Source: a virus (taxonomy: Duplodnaviria; Caudoviricetes). From it: 57,818 nt of DNA. Where the stretch lies: IMG/VR virus record IMGVR_UViG_3300032893_000051, positions 1 to 57,818 of that record; one strand, given 5' to 3'. The notes below the pieces were generated by a model that saw nothing but the letters and a program-made list of their open reading frames with translations, was not told the origin of the DNA and searched no databases. Every line of letters starts with the position of its first letter. Positions within the stretch are counted from its first letter, which is position 1. Positions 54,607-57,818 of this stretch are shown piece by piece. Both the position numbers and the translations under genes were made by a program.

Positions 54607-54977
54607 AGGAGTTAAAGAAGGGGCAGAAAGTCGCTGTTTACGGCAGTTTCAAGAACGGTCGCATAGTAGTCACCGTCGAGTCAGAGACTCCCAACGAAGA
54701 CGGACTATGGAAAGTTCGCTTCGATAGTGGTTTTGATTCTGTTTCTGTTTTTGCCTCTGTGCATCCGAAGCAATGCCGACTGCTGAAAAAAAAGCCATCC
54801 ACGAAATATATAACCGGCTGGGTTTGTTATTACGTGGAAAGACCTCCGCAGGCTGCCGCCACAGGAGCCCTGCGTCCGTACGATGACCTGCGGCTGTCCC
54901 TGGCCGAGCCTCCCCAGGATCAGAAACATCGCTGGCAGGAAATACAGATTCGCAGACAAAACGGGAGCCCGATATGA
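54603..54977 (+). CDS. Hypothetical protein
   Basis: GTGA overlap; VHPKQCRLL. Confidence 0.6.
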   Translation: MKELKKGQKVAVYGSFKNGRIVVTVESETPNEDGLWKVRFDSGFDSVSVFASVHPKQCRLLKKKPSTKYITGWVCYYVERPPQAAATGALRPYDDLRLSLAEPPQDQKHRWQEIQIRRQNGSPI

Positions 54978-55225
54978 CCGATTTAGTAAATCATCCACCT
55001 CACTACAACACTGGCAAGATCGAGGTCATCGAATTCATTGAGGACCAGAAACTTAATTTCAACCGAGGAACGGCATGCAAATACATCGCGAGGGCGGGGA
55101 AGAAGGATCCGACGAAGGAAGTGCAGGATCTGGAGAAAGCTCGCTGGTACCTGAGCAGGGAGATCGAGCTGCTGAAGGCGAGCGAGGAACAAAGGACCCC
55201 TTGCCGTCCAAACGAAATGCGCTGA
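54974..55225 (+). CDS. DUF3310 family protein (T7 gp1.7-like nucleotide kinase)
   Basis: VNHPPHY..G.IE.I, F..G...KY..RAG.K and DL.KA.WYL motifs. Confidence 0.88.
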   Translation: MTDLVNHPPHYNTGKIEVIEFIEDQKLNFNRGTACKYIARAGKKDPTKEVQDLEKARWYLSREIELLKASEEQRTPCRPNEMR

Positions 55226-55695
55226 AGCCCCGGGACAACTGGATCCAGGGAAAGCAGTTCGAGGACACCTTCGAGAGGATCGCGCGGCACTCGGGGATTC
55301 TGCCCATCCGCAACCACCTCACCGGACGATATACCGGGCGCAGAGTGCAGCTATTCAGATCGAACCTCGACTTTACACTTCACACCCGGGACGGTCGGAC
55401 AGCCTATGTTGACTGCAAAACGTTTCAGTCCGGGTTCTTCACCAGCTCCGACATCAGCGAGGTGCAGCTGGAGCGCGCCGTGCTCTACAACGATTGGGGC
55501 GTGCCGGCCGGGTTCGTGGTCTATCTGGGAGACCAAACGCGCGACGTGGCTTTTTTCCCAGGGTACTTCCTCAAGAAAGCCGGGAAGCGGAAGCGATTCG
55601 ACGCCGAAAACTGCCCCTGCTACCTCGGAAAACTAGAGCGCATGGAGCTGAGATTTCTCTTCGAGAAGAAGTTTCTGGAACTGGAGGATTTGTGA
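55201..55695 (+). CDS. RecU-like Holliday junction resolvase
   Basis: G..FE, LDF, VDCKT and Q motifs; start uncertain (TTG at 55201 or CTG at 55222). Confidence 0.7.
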   Translation: MPSKRNALKPRDNWIQGKQFEDTFERIARHSGILPIRNHLTGRYTGRRVQLFRSNLDFTLHTRDGRTAYVDCKTFQSGFFTSSDISEVQLERAVLYNDWGVPAGFVVYLGDQTRDVAFFPGYFLKKAGKRKRFDAENCPCYLGKLERMELRFLFEKKFLELEDL

Positions 55696-55991
55696 TTTCG
55701 AAGTCTCAAATAAAAAGGATTCTCAGTACAAATCAGGCCACTCTGGGTAAGGCCTACGAGAAATTAAAAGAAGAGGTCGATAGACTGAAATGCTTTAATC
55801 GGGAGCTGAGGCGAAGTATGGATAATATCGAAGCGAAAAATAAGGCTCTTCATAGCGCACTTTGGGAGCTAATGAACGAGGCTAGAGGTTTCCTGTCACA
55901 AGCAAATCCGGTCGATCACGGGAATACGAACATGGCTGTTTTTCAGGGAAAAATTGATAAGGCGGCCCTTGTTTTAGGAGAGGATTTATGA
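55692..55991 (+). CDS. Coiled-coil hypothetical protein
   Basis: GGAGG plus GTG at 55692; MISKSQIKR N-terminus resembles 54334. Confidence 0.6.
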   Translation: MISKSQIKRILSTNQATLGKAYEKLKEEVDRLKCFNRELRRSMDNIEAKNKALHSALWELMNEARGFLSQANPVDHGNTNMAVFQGKIDKAALVLGEDL

Positions 55992-56299
55992 AGCTGCAAG
56001 TCTACCCAGCCATCGCCTGTCTACCCGCAGACTCCGACTTCGAGTCCGAGGAGCAGAGAAAGGGCTACCTATCCTTTCTCCAGTGGTGCAAGGAGAAAAA
56101 ACTGCCGAACGACGTCACGCCCATAGATCTGTGGTTTATCCAGAAGGACCATGAATCCGCCGAGTGGTTCATCAACATGGTCGGGAACATGATCTCCAAC
56201 CTGTCTCATCAGCTGGGGGAGCAGCAGTGCCTGCTGAGGAAGCTGCAGGCTGAAGTAGAGACTCTGAAAACACGGACAGTCTCTGAAACCACAGCTTAA
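55988..56299 (+). CDS. Hypothetical protein
   Basis: GGAGAGG RBS; last plus-strand gene before the convergence. Confidence 0.6.
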   Translation: MKLQVYPAIACLPADSDFESEEQRKGYLSFLQWCKEKKLPNDVTPIDLWFIQKDHESAEWFINMVGNMISNLSHQLGEQQCLLRKLQAEVETLKTRTVSETTA

Positions 56300-56327
56300 C
56301 GCGCTGCCCTTGTCCTAGGCGCGGCGC

Positions 56328-57320
56328 TCAGCTGAACGGCCCTACCGATGGCGGGGAAATCTGGAGCTGATACGGCATATTGCAGAGAACCAGCCCGCTG
56401 GGGAACGTCAGCGCAATTGAGAACGGCGCCGGGTTCCCCATCATGAGGTTTCCGGTCTGTGCCGCGGACAACGCGCAGGTGAACTTTCCCGCGGGGGCGG
56501 AGGTCACGTTTATCGGCACCGAGGGATCCGTGGTCTGAACCACGAGGACAGAGTTGTCCACGTTCAAAAAGCTCAGCGCGATGTTCGTTACGCCCGTCAG
56601 GTCGAACGGCTCCTGGTTTATCCCGTTCTGGATTCGGATGGCCAATACCCGATCTTCGCCGATAATGATCTCGTCCTGCACGTCGTTCGGGCCGGGGATA
56701 ATGTCCGCGTCGAGCTGTCCGACCAGCGGATAGAAGGTCGGGGCCGTTGCCGTCGCTCCGGATCCGGTGACGAACACCTGGGACTGAAAGGAGTAGTCCT
56801 CGTCCAGCACCGTGTGGCCTGAGTCCTGCCAGATTAAAAGCTGCGCGGTCACGAACTCGTTCGCGGGATACAGGAAAGTATTGTACCCATACAGCCCGTT
56901 CTGGATCTCCGCGAGGGGGATCGGAGACCCGATCGGCACATTGCTATCGTTGTACATCGTGGCCGTCGGGAACACGCTCGGGTTCGCATCGAAGGTCTGG
57001 ATATACAGCGGAATCGGAGTCCCCACCTGTGGCTGCGCTCCCACCGCGTACTGGTCAAGCGCGCATCCCTCCGTCGGATCGATCGTCGTGTAGCCAGAGT
57101 CCTCGTAGACGATGTACTGGATCGTGAGGAAGTAGGTGGGCGGCACGGAGAGAGATAGGTTGGAGTACAAACCGTTGGAGATGTGGGTGAGGTTGATCGG
57201 TGCACCGCCTACGAGGACGTTATTCGCGTCCCTGACCCAGGCGCGGACATATTTGTTCGTGGCTCCGTCGAATAGCTGAATCTGCGCGGGAACCTTATCC
57301 CCAATTTGAAGGCTCTGCAT
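56328..57320 (-). CDS. Virion protein with duplicated N-terminal domain and BppU-like C-terminal domain
   Basis: Two repeats (PxQxFD...PI.L..I.NGLY...DSGxT); PFDLTG...GKF...L.A.QT motif; end of the late operon. Confidence 0.6.
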   Translation of the reverse strand: MQSLQIGDKVPAQIQLFDGATNKYVRAWVRDANNVLVGGAPINLTHISNGLYSNLSLSVPPTYFLTIQYIVYEDSGYTTIDPTEGCALDQYAVGAQPQVGTPIPLYIQTFDANPSVFPTATMYNDSNVPIGSPIPLAEIQNGLYGYNTFLYPANEFVTAQLLIWQDSGHTVLDEDYSFQSQVFVTGSGATATAPTFYPLVGQLDADIIPGPNDVQDEIIIGEDRVLAIRIQNGINQEPFDLTGVTNIALSFLNVDNSVLVVQTTDPSVPINVTSAPAGKFTCALSAAQTGNLMMGNPAPFSIALTFPSGLVLCNMPYQLQISPPSVGPFS

Positions 57321-57328
57321 TTTTCCCC

Positions 57329-57691
57329 CTATGGCAGCCCGTAGAAGCTGCTAGTCCAGTTGTCCATCGCCGTCAATTCCATGGCCGAGAGCTTTTTATT
57401 CCAGACGCAGAAGAACGCCATGTCGAATGAGTTTCCGGTGTCTCCATTGTCTCCGTCGTATCCAATCGCGGTGAGCGTGTCCCCATGTCCTTGGTTCGCA
57501 TTGGTTGGGGATTGCAGGACTTTGTCGTAGTACAGCGCATAGTCAGAGAGCGACGTGCCAAGCCCGTCGAAAGTGAACGCGTATCGGTGGAAACTGACCG
57601 TCCCAGGCGTCACTGAGGACACAAATGGGTTTGCCGGAAACTGCGTGAGGTACCAGCCGTTCGTCGCGTTCACTCCGAAAACGGCGTTCGC
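57329..57691 (-). CDS. 3' part of the junction-spanning LamG-like protein
   Basis: ALYYD...IG...VWNKKLSAMEL LamG-type C-terminus. Confidence 0.75.
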   Translation of the reverse strand, partial: ANAVFGVNATNGWYLTQFPANPFVSSVTPGTVSFHRYAFTFDGLGTSLSDYALYYDKVLQSPTNANQGHGDTLTAIGYDGDNGDTGNSFDMAFFCVWNKKLSAMELTAMDNWTSSFYGLP

Positions 57692-57818
57692 CGATCCGCT
57701 TAGATCCGTGAAGGTCGCGAAAAAACGATTGTTCACGGTGTTGTCGTTCAGCTTAACGACCGTGTACATGGAAACCGGCTGCGTAGAGGTAAAGAAATGC
57801 GTCGGATTACCAGCAGTG
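57692..57818. repeat. 127-bp terminal direct repeat (copy 2)
   Basis: Identical to 1-127. Confidence 0.95.

Noticed and set aside
30540-56327. Lysogeny module, tRNA genes or alternative genetic code
   Set aside because: No integrase or CI-like repressor motif, no cloverleaf recognised, and genes read intact with all three standard stop codons

Overview
This window is a complete, circularly permuted genome of a tailed dsDNA phage with a contractile tail (about 57,691 bp). Bases 1-127 are repeated at 57692-57818, and one gene reads through that join. The minus strand from about 30.5 kb back through the join to 56.3 kb is one morphogenesis operon: terminase, fibre-like genes, portal, MuF, a multi-domain prohead protease, scaffold, capsid, neck, sheath, tube, a frameshifted chaperone, tape measure, baseplate and fibres. 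The region 30.7-56.3 kb holds lysis and secreted proteins, a sugar-transfer cluster, RecE/RecT-like recombination genes, an initiator plus DnaB-like helicase, and a TET/JBP DNA-modification module with glycosyltransferase and ParB-like genes. I found no integrase, DNA polymerase, tRNA or canonical CRISPR array. The standout is 52.19-53.88 kb. A sigma70-like promoter precedes a ~490-nt non-coding array of 8 GGCAG-delimited units, each built from 5-nt G-N-N-N-N steps. The array is followed by a helical partner gene and a stand-alone Cas7/RAMP-like gene, making this a candidate phage-encoded RNA-guided system without CRISPR repeats. Other notable items are signal peptides on six fibre-like genes, a polyvalent prohead protease, an IS66 tnpA/tnpB-like pair with no transposase, and a four-hairpin intergenic RNA candidate. 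All family assignments come from motif recognition by eye; no searches were run.
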